Assembly (NCBI GenBank): GCA_002633005.1
Contig: NMRA01000245.1
Coordinates: 248,001-312,000 of the forward strand
Source: Phoronis australis
Lineage: Eukaryota; Animalia; Phoronida
Direction: 5' to 3'
Length of the DNA: 64,000 nucleotides
Positions 39,701 through 52,660 of this stretch are shown here, piece after piece. The notes beneath the pieces are model-generated. The model ran no database searches. It saw nothing but the letters and a program-made list of their open reading frames with translations, and had not been told where the DNA came from. The number at the start of each line of letters is the position of its first letter. Position 1 is the first letter of the stretch. Both the position numbers and the translations under genes were made by a program.

Positions 39701-42700
39701 CATCCATGGAGCTGCAATTAACGTCTAATGAGTGGACAGGTGGCGCAGCAGGTGGGGTCACTTCTAAATATGTTCCATTCCGTGACATGACGAGCACACA
39801 TAACTCACGTGCGGACTCGGGTATAGGTAATGACTATCAGAACTTAAGACAGGTTACAACCAGCTTATCCTCTGTGTTTTCAAGACCCTCAGATGGCTGC
39901 ACGTATGACATGAGCTATGATGAAGATTACGTTAACATGTCATCTGGCTCGGTGAGAGTGTCGTCTCAATACGAGACACCATTAGCAAGAGGTAACCATT
40001 ACGTACCAGAGCTGACTGGTGAAGGACTATCACAGCAAAAGGACAGACAAGCCACTCTTAATGTAGAATCTAACTGGCTGATGACGGCCGGACACGTGAA
40101 GTGGGACGATGAAGACTATGACTACAGCTACATTAACTCCAGCTTTGATGGTTGCCACGGCGATGACAATAACAACAGTACTGCAGTCACAGACCGCGGT
40201 ACTGTATATGAGAACTGCATTGACGACATGGACGATTATCAGTCACTGAGTGATGATAATGAAGCTACTGATGAGATATAGGCTATTACACATAAACCCT
40301 GTGAGCCTGCCCGAGACATTTTTAAAAACTCTGCATATAAGAGTGAGGTAATTCACATTCATTGAGTGCATTTGGTCGTCTGTTGTGTTGCAAGTCTTTC
40401 GTTACACGACAATTACATAGCAATTTTAGTTGTTCATAATTTATCACATAATACTTTTATATAGTTTCCATAATTTCATATTAATGGAATATGATATTTA
40501 AAGGTTGATAAAAATTCGTATTAACAGCTGACCCAATTCATCATACAACGTTTAGCACAACAAAGAAATGATAGAAGATCAAAGAGGTTTGCCATGAATG
40601 ATGATCAGACTGATGTCCATTTACCGTCAGCCTGATATGAATTCCTACCAACCAAAATGGTGAGGTGTAGTTTGAGATTACATGTCGCCACTTGCAGACT
40701 TTAGGCAGTCACACAATAGTTGCATTGTTGTATTGTTATAAATTTACCTCGTACTAAAACAAACTTTAAAAATAGTGCAGGCGATCGATGTCTTTTGTGG
40801 TACATCAAGCTTTAAGTTATCAATGAGAAAAATAACTCTCAACCAAAAAGAGCTTTGTTAACTGACACTTATCCTGCTGAACCTCACACACATTCAACTC
40901 AATGAGAAGACAGCAAATATTTATGTATTAAGTGTGACATGTTATCAGTGGGTATGTTACTTATGGACATGCAATAAAACAACATCATTTCTTTCACCAC
41001 TCTGCCTCGATCAATACCAGTTAACTCCTCCTTCAGTTCACATGTCATGGTCTGAATACAAGCAAGTGCCACACATCATGAACTAAGCCCACGTTCANNN
41101 NNNNNNNNNNNNNNNNNNNNNNNNNNNNNNNNNNNNNNNNNNNNNNNNNNNNNNNNNNCCCCAAGTGACACACATCATGAACTAAGTCCACCTTCAGCCC
41201 CCCCCCATACCCCAAGTGACACACATCATGAACTAAGCCAGCCTTCAGCGCCCCCTGTAGTCACACTCACCATGCTCATAGTTATGCATGAGATCAACAA
41301 ACAGTACACCAGCCTCTTTCGTCATACTCTGCTCAACTAACTGAAGCATAGTGCGCTGTATGAGAAACAGTCGTTGACCGGTCAACTCCACACTTTCGTC
41401 CACTGACCGGCAGCAGAACTTGGAGCCTGTAACACACAATGCATTGAATAAGTACATTGTCAATTAGAACACTGTGTTTTTACCAACCCATAACATAAGA
41501 CACACCTAGTGTACCAAGCATGGTGCCAATCAACACGTTGTGATATTACCTACACATAACATAACTACACTACTGAGATGTCAACACTAACCAATACACG
41601 AATGGTAAACTGAATGACAACTGCGACACATGAGACTGCGTTACAAACGAGTTTTGATGAAAGTGTCTGTCTTGATGAGATTTCAAGCAGAACACGACGC
41701 TGTGTAAGACTTGAAGATACCAACACACAGTACTGTAGACGCACAACAGTATTCAGATTATTCTTCACCAGGTCGAAGAAATTTCAAAAATGCATACTAG
41801 AGCCCGTGAGAAACGTAGCAGATTCTTCAGTTAGACTAAAAACAACTTAAAAATTGATTCCGAAAAATTAATTTTGTACAAAACTTTGTACTAATGTGCT
41901 GTTGCTCTTGCTAATAGTACTACTAACTTCTAATACTACAATACATGGAAGGTGTCAAGTTGAATCCTTTTAGAAACAAAAGCTCAATGCCTTGCACGTC
42001 CAGCACTTCACTTTTGATTTTTTAATCCATCACCATAATATAATACACCTGTTGGTAAATATTCCAACTTATCTTTCAGTATATAATACATCTGTTGGTA
42101 TACATTCCAACTTACCCTCCACTATATATAATACACTCGGTATACATTCCAACTTACCCTCTAGTACATCGAAGGCCTCGATGGGTTTACCAGCTTCCAA
42201 ACAGATCTCTACAGCACTCATTGCCAGCACGGCACTAGGCACATCCCAGACACCGTGAGCCTTGAAGAACGGGATGCGGAACTCCTTGAGCACGAGCAGC
42301 GTGTCGAAGCCAGCCGACCAGTGTTGCTCTGTCTTACACACGTGAATTATGGCAGCACCAACGCGTGCAATCTCACCCTTTATACCAAACTTTTGCAGCT
42401 CCTCTGGAAGACACCAGGTTACCAAATGCCAAACGGTGGTAACAATAGCTACAAGTTGACTGAATGTTATACGACTCCTTTAGATTAGAAAATTTGTAAA
42501 GCAGCTTAATCGCTGAAAGGTCTGAATGGTAATGGTCCGACATAACGCGCCCGAATTTTGAGAACCAGTTTTCTCCACTAAATAACGGGCATCAAACTGG
42601 TTCTCAAAATATGGGAACGTCATACCCGAATAAAGCCCAGAGTTCAACTCACCAAACTTGTCCTCTAGCACCTGAATGAACGGCCTGAATCCAGCACAGT

Positions 42701-45700
42701 CACTGGCCACGTGTTGTTTAGTGATGAGCTCTGTGTAGCACTGTGGGATGGGCGTGGCAGCCAGTACCAATTTGATGAACAGTCGGCCCAGCATGTCCCA
42801 GCGCTTCTTGCTGCATGTGTTCTGCACAGATTGGATAATAAATAACACTGAGGTATAATAAATATAGAGTCCTAAAACATGTTATCCTGCTGTTACTGGG
42901 GAGTTTTAGCAATATCAGGTAATCCTACGTCTGTACTTGTTGATAGAAAAACCGAAAGGATAACTGCCACCACAGAGTGCCGGCGGTGACTTCACCCAAA
43001 ACTTCACATTTTAGTGCTTTAACTCCTCAAACACAACCCCGAACTCTAAGATGACCAGCAGTTTTTTACGTTTCCAACAAACTTGACCAGTTTGAACTTT
43101 TCATGCAAACTTGTAATACTTTTTGAGGATGTTACTTTAGGTATAAGCACTGAAGGACTTCAAATACAACATGGATGGCTATACACTGTATGTCCAGAAG
43201 TCACGACTCTCTTCAGCTACAACATGTACACACACGGCTAGTCATGTTAAAACTCGCCACTAGTAGAAATTAGGTGAATTCTATATGTACTAAGCTGCTC
43301 TAAGTGCAGCATCAAGATTCAACAACGTTTTACACTATGATAAATCTTGCACAACCGTAAACATTGCATTTCATACAACCACTGCATACACACCACCAGT
43401 TCACTGCAGCTTTTGGTAGAGGAGATTTCTTAAAGAAGCAAGATCAATAAAGTCTGTAAGATATGGCCAGCTACTACAAGCGAAGCACGAGGTCGCACAA
43501 TCTTTGCTCTCGAGTGTCAATGGTCTACAGACAGCAGCCCTGGGCCGCGCGTGGATACTTACAACTATGCAGTTCATCATGGCCCGCCTTAAGAAGTGTA
43601 TCTTGGGTGTCGTTGCTTCGATAAGATTCTGAAAGGGAACGTTCAAAATCAGTGTCCACAGACAAGTCAGTAGAGCACATATAGATCAAAGTATAGAAAT
43701 AATAGATATGCGTATTCAAAAGTACGATCTTTCCACCAAACCCTTGCTACTTGACTAAAGAAGTAAAAGTACTGTACCCACCTATTCACTAAAAACTGCC
43801 ACTCACCACTCCTCCCGCCAACAGTTGGACATAATGCAAATATACCTGGTCAGAAAATGGGACTAATCACAACAGAAAAACAGACTAAAGTAAAAATCGG
43901 ACAAGTGAAGTCAGGAAATCTCACCCCCCAGACAGTAAACGAAGATAAGACTAGAGTACATACCTTGTTGAGCCGGTCCATGACCACGACAGGCAATTGT
44001 TCAAAGAACGACATCATAGCAAGAATGTGCTGTACATTGCAGGAAGCAATCATCTTAAGTAGGGTGTAGATGGCAGCGTCTGATGGTATGTAGCCCTGGT
44101 TCTGGTTGGAGTGATGCACCACACTCCACAGGCGCTGGTATGTTTGACTAGCAGTGAATATCCTAAACATAGATCAAGGCATGTAAGAAATCTTACGACG
44201 CTAAACCTTCATGGCTACAGTGTAGGACAAACATGGGAGATCCATTTCATTTGGACCAGAAACAACACATATTCTACAACGGAACCACCTACAAAACCAG
44301 CCTTACAACAAGGAAACTGCTACTTCCAAAATGAGCACTGAAAATCTAAATGTAACTTCTCACTTTGCACTAATTCAAACTTTGACTTTAGCCATTGTGA
44401 CACCACGTAGGTTTCACAGGAAACATGTTTAACACTCAAACCACTTTGTCGCCTCCATGCGCAAACTCGTTACGACCTTAAACACAATAGATTCATTGCA
44501 CTAAAAGCGATGCACTTGTTCCAAAGTTACAACCTACCGTGTGAGGACGTACGTGTATGAAAGACACATCAACACTTACTCGCATAACACATCCAACGAC
44601 TGTGAAGACAACTGGAAGTTCTCAGACGACGACAACTGCCAGAGTTGCCAGACCTTCTCCTGCATCACCAGACCTTTGTCTTTGCTCAGCAAGATGATAG
44701 TGTCCACAACACTGTAGAAACAAGAAACTAGCTAAATCCTTAGCCCTCTCCGTAACCCTTTTCAGTCCTTCCTAAACCGTTTTCTTAGCCCTTCTTTAGA
44801 CTTTTCCGGGGGGGGGGCTTCGCTCGTGTGAATGACATAAAGCCTTCTATGTAATCAAGCCTTTTTGAAAAATGTTCAAGTTGTATTAATAAGCATCTAG
44901 GGTAGAAACATTTTCAACTTCGTGCCCACTGGTGACAACTGAATGACACTACATCAAATGTTCCAAAACTTCAACAGTTTCGTACTTGGAACCCATTTAT
45001 ATAACAATTAAATGTGAAAACCACTCACCTGGGAGTCAGCAAGTGGAACTCGCACATATCGTTGATGACTTCACCAAACTTGTGCGTGTGTTCGTCCGCA
45101 AACAGACTGTGTATCAATTCCTGTCTACTGAGGAGGCCCAGCAGCAGGGCTTCTGTCAGTTTACTGGTCCGCTGTTCTATACACAGGTACACATCCATTA
45201 TCCTACAGCATAGCCAGGGCAGGGAATTATTTACTGGGCATTGCAGAATATCACAATCGTCAGCCATGGCACACACATCTAGAATCACTGCCCTGATTCA
45301 ATGAGTTGCCAGTGCTGTGGAAAGGCATCATGCAAAACTTATTTTGATTCAAGCATGGACAGAAAATTGGAAGCCTTTAATATTAAATTATCCACCTCAC
45401 TGACAGAAATTTTAATTAGAATAGGTATGCACACCATTAATCCAGGCATTCACCTGGGTTCACAACCCAACCTTCAAGGCTTGCCACAGACAATTTATTG
45501 AATCACCAATAAAGAATGACAGGGAACATCACGTTACATTTTTATGAATACTTTAACGTGAGATCTGAAGAGTTAGAGGTCTGGCTCAGATTTAGCAAGA
45601 TTCAAACCCACAATAATGTGGTAGGAGGCTCCACCTCTTGGCCAGAAAGATTCTACACGAGCCTGTCCTCTTAGCACCATACTCACTCGTCAAGGTTGCC

Positions 45701-48700
45701 AGAGCTGATGACAGATGAAAGCAATACGACGATGCGCTCTTCTGTCTATAAAACAAAAAACAACTGCTGTTTAACATCTTTTTCTATGTCAGCATTTAAA
45801 TGTAAAACACTGGTCTCCCCAATAGGGCCAAGTACAAATAAAAGGACGAAATTTATGAAATCAACCTGAAAACAGTCTTGATCCAATCGTACTGTATTTT
45901 GCCAAGCTGTGCATGTATAGTCCTTGGGAAGGAACTCCTTCAATCCACTGACGATAAGGAAACACATTTGAAATGTGAAAGTGGAGTTGGGGAATACTAC
46001 TGCATGATGCGGACTATGTGAGCCTGCGAGGAACGTCATTAGTGCAAAGGTCCCCTCTTTGCAGAATCACATTTACAAGATGAATACAACTAAACTATGT
46101 TTAGTGTAGATGGTGTTCAAGTAGCATTGTCATTTAGTTTGTGCTATACATTAGCAAAGTTTAGAGCCTGCACATTCATCTTTAAAGCCACATGCCAGTG
46201 CAATACAACACCAAGTGTACACTCACTCACCCAATCGGTAGGTATCCGATGAAATAGAGCACACTCGGCTCCATCAGGACACCTGCCTACAGTCAGGAAC
46301 TGGCTGCAGTGACCAGCAGCAGTGGTTGGCAGGACATCACCCATGGGTTCCTCCGACTCAGGTGGTGCTGGCTCAGATGCTGGGGGCGGGGGCGGGGGAG
46401 GTGGGGGCAAGAACAAGCCAGCCACTGTAAGAAAAATTTACAATACGAATTCAAAGCATTGTACAATACCAACATAAGCAGCGATACTAATCAGAAAACA
46501 TGGACACTGTGATGCATCACTAGGAATCGCCAATACTCCATAAATAAAATGTACCAACCAAAATTGATCTAATACCTAGGTGCTGACACCGAGAGGCTTG
46601 CTCGACCACGAATTAATGACAAAGTGATAGTTTAACTGCATTTCAGTGACATGAAATTGACAGGCACCGAGTGCATACCCTTATGCTCCACTGAAGATAA
46701 TTCAAACACATTCAAGACTTTGTATCATACTCAACTTAAATACAAGTAACTCTCTCACTGTGGATGTGTTTCTTTTAGTTAAGTATTCAGGATTCAGCAT
46801 CAAAACATAGACTTATAAACAAATCACCTGCGGAATGAGCTGGCCAAGGTTGCTGTTTAACAGGTCCAGTCACAGAACTAAACGTCGGCGAAGTGAAGAA
46901 TGGCAAAGGAGGTGGTGGCGGCACTGGTAAGGGCTTGGCGACACTGACCACTGAAGCTGGTGGCTGAGGCGTAGACATGGCCGATGTGGGAATGACGGTC
47001 GACGGCACGGGTACCGAGAGACCTGATACCAAAGGTGGCATGGCAGTGGTCGTCGGTGGTGGTGGAGGGGGTGGCGGTACGAGCTGGGGTTCACTAGGGG
47101 GAGGGGGAGGCACTGGTTGGGGNNNNNNNNNNNNNNNNNNNNNNNNNNNNNNNNNNNNNNNNNNNNNNNNNNNNNNNNNNNNNNNNNNNNNNNNNNNNNN
47201 NNNNNNNNNNNNNNNNNNNNNNNNNNNNNNNNNNNNNNNNNNNNNNNNNNNNNNNNNNNNNNNNNNNNNNNNNNNNNNNNNNNNNNNNNNNNNNNNNNNN
47301 NNNNNNNNNNNNNNNNNNNNNNNNNNNNNNNNNNNNNNNNNNNNNNNNNNNNNNNNNNNNNNNNNNNNNNNNNNNNNNNNNNNNNNNNNNNNNNNNNNNN
47401 NNNNNNNNNNNNNNNNNNNNNNNNNNNNNNNNNNNNNNNNNNNNNNNNNNNNNNNNNNNNNNNNNNNNNNNNNNNNNNNNNNNNNNNNNNNNNNNNNNNN
47501 NNNNNNNNNNNNNNNNNNNNNNNNNNNNNNNNNNNNNNNNNNNNNNNNNNNNNNNNNNNNNNNNNNNNNNNNNNNNNNNNNNNNNNNNNNNNNNNNNNNN
47601 NNNNNNNNNNNNNNNNNNNNNNNNNNNNNNNNNNNNNNNNNNNTGTAATAGCTGAAAGAGCAAACTTACAGGGATGTGCCTCTTTTGAGAGAGTTCATTA
47701 TTGGAGCTTGAGGTTGCACCACATCAACACTGGCAAAGGAGTTCATAAATCCTGACGGGGCAGCCTTTGACTGTGCAATCGATACTGGAGTCGCGGCGCC
47801 ATCGTTTGTAGTTGATACGCAGGGGTCAGCCACCGGCGCTGCTGTACGTGTCGGCTTCTCGTCTCGTGGAAGAGGCGAAGAGCTCTTGGAGCGAGACTCC
47901 TCCTGGATCAGCTCATTCCTCAGCGACAACATCCGCTGCTCCAGAATCAGCATCTTCTCATCATCATCCGCCACCTGTTCCACTTCCTGTTTTAGTTCCA
48001 ACAGTTTTTGTTCTAGCGTGGACACAGAGAAACGGTCAACAACAGTAGAGTCGGCCTCCTCCACCCTGGCAGCCTTTTCTTCATCGGCTTGTGTCGTCGT
48101 GTCAGAGAAGATCTCCGTTGTCGACTTACCGGACCCAAGGAAGCTCGTGAACGTGTTCTGGATTCCGTAATTCGACAGCGGAGCTGGAATGACAGAGGTC
48201 TTCGTCTCTTTCTTGCCCAGCTGTGGTGAACCCCCTGGCGAAGGGAGTTTCAACTCAAGGTCAGGGTCACTTTCGGTTGGACTGGGAGCAAATTCTATGC
48301 TGTCGAGATAATCTGCATACTTGGCATGGCGTTTCTTATCATCAGACTTGGGCAGTCGTTTAGATGGATCACAATCGCGTTCTTTGTGAGACCTCGACTG
48401 TTCCCGTTGATGTCCCCGATGCTTGTCTGAACTCTCGCGCTTCTTATGTTCCTGATGCGCTGGTTTTTTGCTCGAGTGCTTTGCGACTTCATGATGTGAT
48501 AGGTGGCGCTCTTTGCCATCAGGCTTTGACGAGCTGCCCCTGGAAGGGTGCTTGGATGAACGATGTGATGAAGAACTCTCTTTTGAATGTCTCCTATGGT
48601 CTTTGGTAGTATCCCCCCTGTGCTTAACTTTGCTACTCCCCTCAGACTCTGCGGGACTTTTACCAGGCTGGCTGGAGACCTGTGGCGTCCTACCCGGAGT

Positions 48701-51700
48701 CTCACTCTTCACTCCGCTTTCCTCGGCTTCAGGTTTATCTGTGGAATTCTGCTTCATCTGAGTCAGTTCTTGAATTTGTTTTTCCAAATTTTTCTGAATA
48801 GTAAGGACATTGACAAAATCTTCCATAGCCATCGTAATACTATGAGGATTGCTGGAAGCAGGTAAATCCGTTACCGATTCGTCAACGATTTGACTCAAGG
48901 CCTGCAGTTTCTCTAGCCTATTAGCATCTGCCTTGAAGTTGGGCGTCAAATCCGTCAGTCTGTTACCAACAGAACTTAGAGAACCATCAACAGGTGCTGC
49001 ATAGTCATCTCCATCTGATTCAGGCGTGTCCGCATAAGGACTGATGTCTGCTGGTACACCTGTTGAAGACTCCTCTCTGAACCTGCTTGCAGGAATAGCA
49101 GCGGGGGGTGGGAATACAGGCACATGCGACGGGGATGCCCTAATGGGAGGGGTGTGTGACCGTTCAAGAAGCTCTGGCGATGGCAAAGGCAACAGAGGTT
49201 TGGGACGTTCCAGTAGAGGCTTGGGCCGCTCTAACAATGGCCGTTTCGAAGTCTCTGCTAGTGGATGCGCTTCGCCACCAGTCACATTGTGACTAGCAGA
49301 GTGCTTGTAATCCAATATAGGATCTTGACTTAGCGCCGTCTTGTTTTCAACCACATCATGAGCAGGACTTAGTCTGCTGGCAACATTGGTAACAACTGCT
49401 GGCATTCTTGCAGAGTCGTAATTTGATGGGTCCTTCTTTCCACTGTCTCCCGACACTTTACATAATGGATCACGAGCTGGGACTGGTTTCACGTCGTTTC
49501 CATGGTCCCAGCGCGATTTCCTGACTCGCTCATCTCCGGGTGCTGCCTTGACTTTCGTTTCATTTCCAGAAGGTCCGTGAGCTTTCCTTACGGTATCTCG
49601 GCCTAACGACGGCTTGACATCGTGGCCAATCATGGGTCTGCTCGTATTTGGTGTTGGTTTACTGAGAGGCAACAACGTATCCAGTATACTAGTAGAGCTT
49701 CCCAATGAAGATTCGTCTGGGATCAAAACGTTTCGTTTCTTTTCCACCACCGCCAGCGGTTTTCGCTCGGTTTTGCTTATGGCAGCATTACCAACAGCAG
49801 CAGGCACGGAATCAGCTGATGAGAGCTTTACATCCGGCTCATCTCTCTTCACCCTAGACTGGTTGTTCCTCCACTGTGGATTGTCAATGGTCCTGCTCTT
49901 AGGGCCCATCATGGGAAAGCGCCGTGGAATTTGATCGTTCTTATCCGTCTTGCGCCAGCCCGCATACTTGTACTCGAACTCCTCACGCCGGCTCATCTCG
50001 CTCTTCGGTATGGGAGGTAGACTCTTCACTGCTGCCTTAGTCAGAGGTTTGGCAGGTGACCCATCCTTTGCCGACACCTTTTTCGGTATCTTAAAAGTCT
50101 GCAGTCCAAAGTTGGCATTGAGCGGGTGAACGTCTGCCTTTTTGGAGTTCTCTTTCTTTGTTTCTCCGCTATCGATGTCATCGCTGTCACTACGATGTGA
50201 CGACAACTTCTTTGCCTGCAGCTTGGCATCCCGCAGCCTCTCAAGCATTTCTTTCCTCTTTGTCTTGTGCGACCGCTCCTCGTCACGCCGCTGCAGAAAA
50301 TGGGCCACATCACTGCTGGGCTTCTTTGTCTTCTTCTTCAATGACGTCTTGTCATCCTTCGTTTCTCGTTCGACATTAACATCAGAGTCACTGTCGCTGG
50401 ATAGACTCGATGAAGACGACTTATCCGACTTGTCAACCGACTCCACTATTGACATTTCACTAACAACCGTTTTGTCCGTGTCCATCACCATGTCTTCCAT
50501 ACCGTCATCTGCGCCCATTTCAATGATCTGCACTGGTTGATACGCCAGTTCGTCCCCGGCTAACTCATCTGATTCACTCTCACTGTCAGAGACATATTCC
50601 TTGCTTTTGACAACATGCTTTCTTTCATTAGATGCATCTATGGACTCACGGTCCTGTTTTACTTCTCGGATAAAAGCTGCCTGTTGACTGAAGAAACTGC
50701 CATACGCGTTCTCTTCATCATCGTCCCGACTATGTTTGAGCGAGAGTATTTTTGAAATCTGCCGTGGGGTTACCTTCTGCAGACAAACAATGCACTCTTT
50801 CAACACATTCGGGTACTGTTTAGCTATTTTCTTTACACATGTTGCCAATCTCTTTGGCAACGTTTCCAAGTTCAGTCTTGGTGGCGGAGATGCCTGGAAA
50901 TACTTCAACTCGCGTTTAATGTTGGCAAACGATACAGGCAACGTGTAGTTATCCTGTCTATTGGCCTGGGATAGAGTTTCAAATATGTTATCAGCAATGC
51001 TGGTTTTAACACAGCCACGTTCGGAGGCTTCGTAGCCAGGATCGTGCTTTTCAATTTTAACCCGTGACAAGTCTACTTTCATATCCCTTTCAATTACAGA
51101 GACAAGCTCAACTGATGGTTCACACATTTCACTCCGATGTCGAGACTCCTCAGATTTCTGTTCAGATTTTGAAGAGCTTGACAACGAGGGCTGTGAGCTA
51201 GGCATTCTAATATCTTGTTTTGATTTTAAGACAGTGCTAGCGACTTTGGAGCTCCGCTTAGTTTCATTTTTGACAGTCTTTGCATCCAGTTTTAACTTCT
51301 TTCTGGAACCTGTTCTCTCCTTATTATTTGACTTTTCACTACATCTACTACGTTTGGCAGAGTTCATAGTTTTTGGCAGGCTCTCAGTGTCACTGAAGCC
51401 TTCAAAACTAGACTCAGAGTCAGATTCTGTCAGAATTTTTTGCACTAATTTCGTCTTTGACGGCGACACATTAAACAGTGACTGATTGCTATTTTCAGTC
51501 TCTTCCTCGCTCTCACCACTCGCACTCTTATCACCGCCAATGATGGCCTCCAGAGCCTTGTTCAAGTTGTCCAGGTGACGGGTGTCATCCTCGTCAGAAC
51601 TGAAACTCGCCTGAAACAGCGAGTCCGGCTGCTTCGATTTGTTACAGACAAGTAAAGTGTCGGAGCCCAGTTCATAGGTGATGTGTTCATCATCTTCACT

Positions 51701-52660
51701 ATTAAGTGCCGATGTTTTCGCCTTGCTGCTGCTACATTTTTGCCGCTTTTTGCTAGGCCTCTCACTGCTTGTTTCACCACAGCGATGCCAGCCGGAGATA
51801 GTCAAGTTCTGGATCAAGTCCGATTTCATTATGTCCTCCAACAGAACCACTGGCTGAAAGCTGGCCTTGCCTACGTCAAACTTTTGAGAGTCCCTGCGTC
51901 GTTTGCGCCTTTCTCGTTTCCTCAATTTCTCATCAGCTAATCCACTAACGTCGCTCCGCACAGACTCGCTAAAACTCTTCTCTGAAATGTTGTCGGAAAT
52001 AACACTGGCTGCCTGGCAACTTCCCGGTCCTTCGCGATTTGGTGAAGCCAAATCAGAGTCAGGAACCGCGTGCGATTGTTTCTCAGCTTCAACAGATGGC
52101 GTGCTATCGCCGTTAGATGTAGGAGCAATTGTATCATCTTTCACAGCACCACGTTCACACACATCCGATTGATCAATAATATCTTTGTCATCCATGACAG
52201 TATCAGCACCTGGGGTGTTACTGGGGGAATCCAGCTTGGCACCAATGACACTGGAGGGTGCGTCTCCAGCAAATTCTCCACTCACATTTTCACTGGAATC
52301 ATCCACACTACTAAATACTGTTGGTTTGTTGATGCCTTCACAGTAAGTCTGATGTTGATTGGAATTCTCATTCTTTGCGTCTATTTCAGTGTGCGTGACA
52401 CAATCGTCCGTTTCCGTCTCAGCACCCGTTTCTCCACCGGTGTCGCTCTGCTCAATGGAGCTGAGCACAGCAGAAATGTCCTCTGGGGATGCCGTGACAA
52501 GTTCTCCATCTGTCAACAGGGGGAGGTGCTCTGCTTGCATCAACATGGAGGAGTCCAAACTGAGACCGTTAGACATATCAAGGTCATCACACAAAGACAT
52601 AGTCGCCGAAGCCGGCTTCAAGACCGCTGCCTCTGAACTCTCCTCAGTATGTTCATCCAT
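36786..52660 (-). CDS. TOPAZ1: TOPAZ1-like germline protein; exons 52660-47670, (gap)-46828, 46424-46231, 45745-45687, 45202-45029, 44711-44580, 44162-43964, 43628-43563, 42821-42653, 42403-42158, 41426-41271, 37390-36786
   Basis: Phase-consistent GT/AG exon chain, long low-complexity N-terminus and CCCH finger (C-x7-C-x5-C-x3-H, 46310-46245). The C-terminal helical region matches TOPAZ1 motifs as I recall them: WDMLGRLFI, ARVGAAIIH...WSAG..L..L.E..I.F, AVEICLEAG and GTYP.........I...MT.EEM. Confidence 0.75.
38722..40281 (+). CDS. Intronless type-I membrane LRR protein (signal peptide, LRRNT, 2-3 LRRs, Thr/Pro stalk, TM, Tyr-motif tail), nested in the TOPAZ1 last intron
   Basis: 519-aa ORF from ATG 38722: MEWTWLVLTLMVAIPLLSCADA signal, CPVQCTC...VEC cap, LELWYCNITQIEPSAFDGLINLKSLRI LRR, TM at ~39493-39576 followed by RR, AATAAA at ~40973. 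Confidence 0.85.
   Translation: MEWTWLVLTLMVAIPLLSCADAIGCPVQCTCHGAGSPFHSVECNLNNGTIATSSIPSCETLIIKRFQTAVLRQQDLPQLDRVIYLELWYCNITQIEPSAFDGLINLKSLRIRDSWMPEYVDNKLWNGNPNSTHRVTQEAPNRNTTSPTSTTGQEIPNGNATSLTPKPAPTMVPPPSPSKTQRTKSLPTTWTSKITTDLTVSSTPKPTPTLLLLLTGTQTSPMATKTRTKISTADTLNVQQSGLTTTQTARTEDLNEEIMGLIFITSCIFAVCIIMGMILLIVYLIRRQPEGTNQIGNDDRSETEAEEDEETSREDAGQISDVYVVPTSMELQLTSNEWTGGAAGGVTSKYVPFRDMTSTHNSRADSGIGNDYQNLRQVTTSLSSVFSRPSDGCTYDMSYDEDYVNMSSGSVRVSSQYETPLARGNHYVPELTGEGLSQQKDRQATLNVESNWLMTAGHVKWDDEDYDYSYINSSFDGCHGDDNNNSTAVTDRGTVYENCIDDMDDYQSLSDDNEATDEI
41063..41250. repeat. Minisatellite (~50-bp unit, caagtgacacacatcatgaactaag) spanning a gap
   Basis: At least three visible units either side of the N-run. 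Confidence 0.8.
42040..42165 (-). repeat. ~42-bp tandem repeat triplicating a TOPAZ1 splice donor
   Basis: Three units of ggtat/aacattccaactta(c/t)c, i.e. G|GTAAGTTGGAATG on the coding strand. Confidence 0.8.
47123..47643. other. Assembly gap (others at 5811, 22223-22482, 41098-41158, 56933-57772)
   Basis: Runs of N. Confidence 0.99.
47670..52660 (-). CDS. TOPAZ1: Giant (~5 kb) first coding exon of the TOPAZ1-like gene, largely disordered S/D/E/K-rich
   Basis: 1664-codon ORF; acceptor tgcag 5 nt upstream of the ATG and GTAAGT donor at 47669; NLS-like KRERRKRRR. Confidence 0.85.

Noticed and set aside
41063-42165. Short repeats with intervening sequence as a CRISPR-like array
   Set aside because: Eukaryotic intron context, homologous rather than unique spacers, and no cas genes; these are minisatellites.
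45592-45777. ORF-track frame KSASSYCFHL... as a TOPAZ1 exon
   Set aside because: Splice phases fit a different frame (TEERIVVLLSSVISSGNLDE, 45745-45687).
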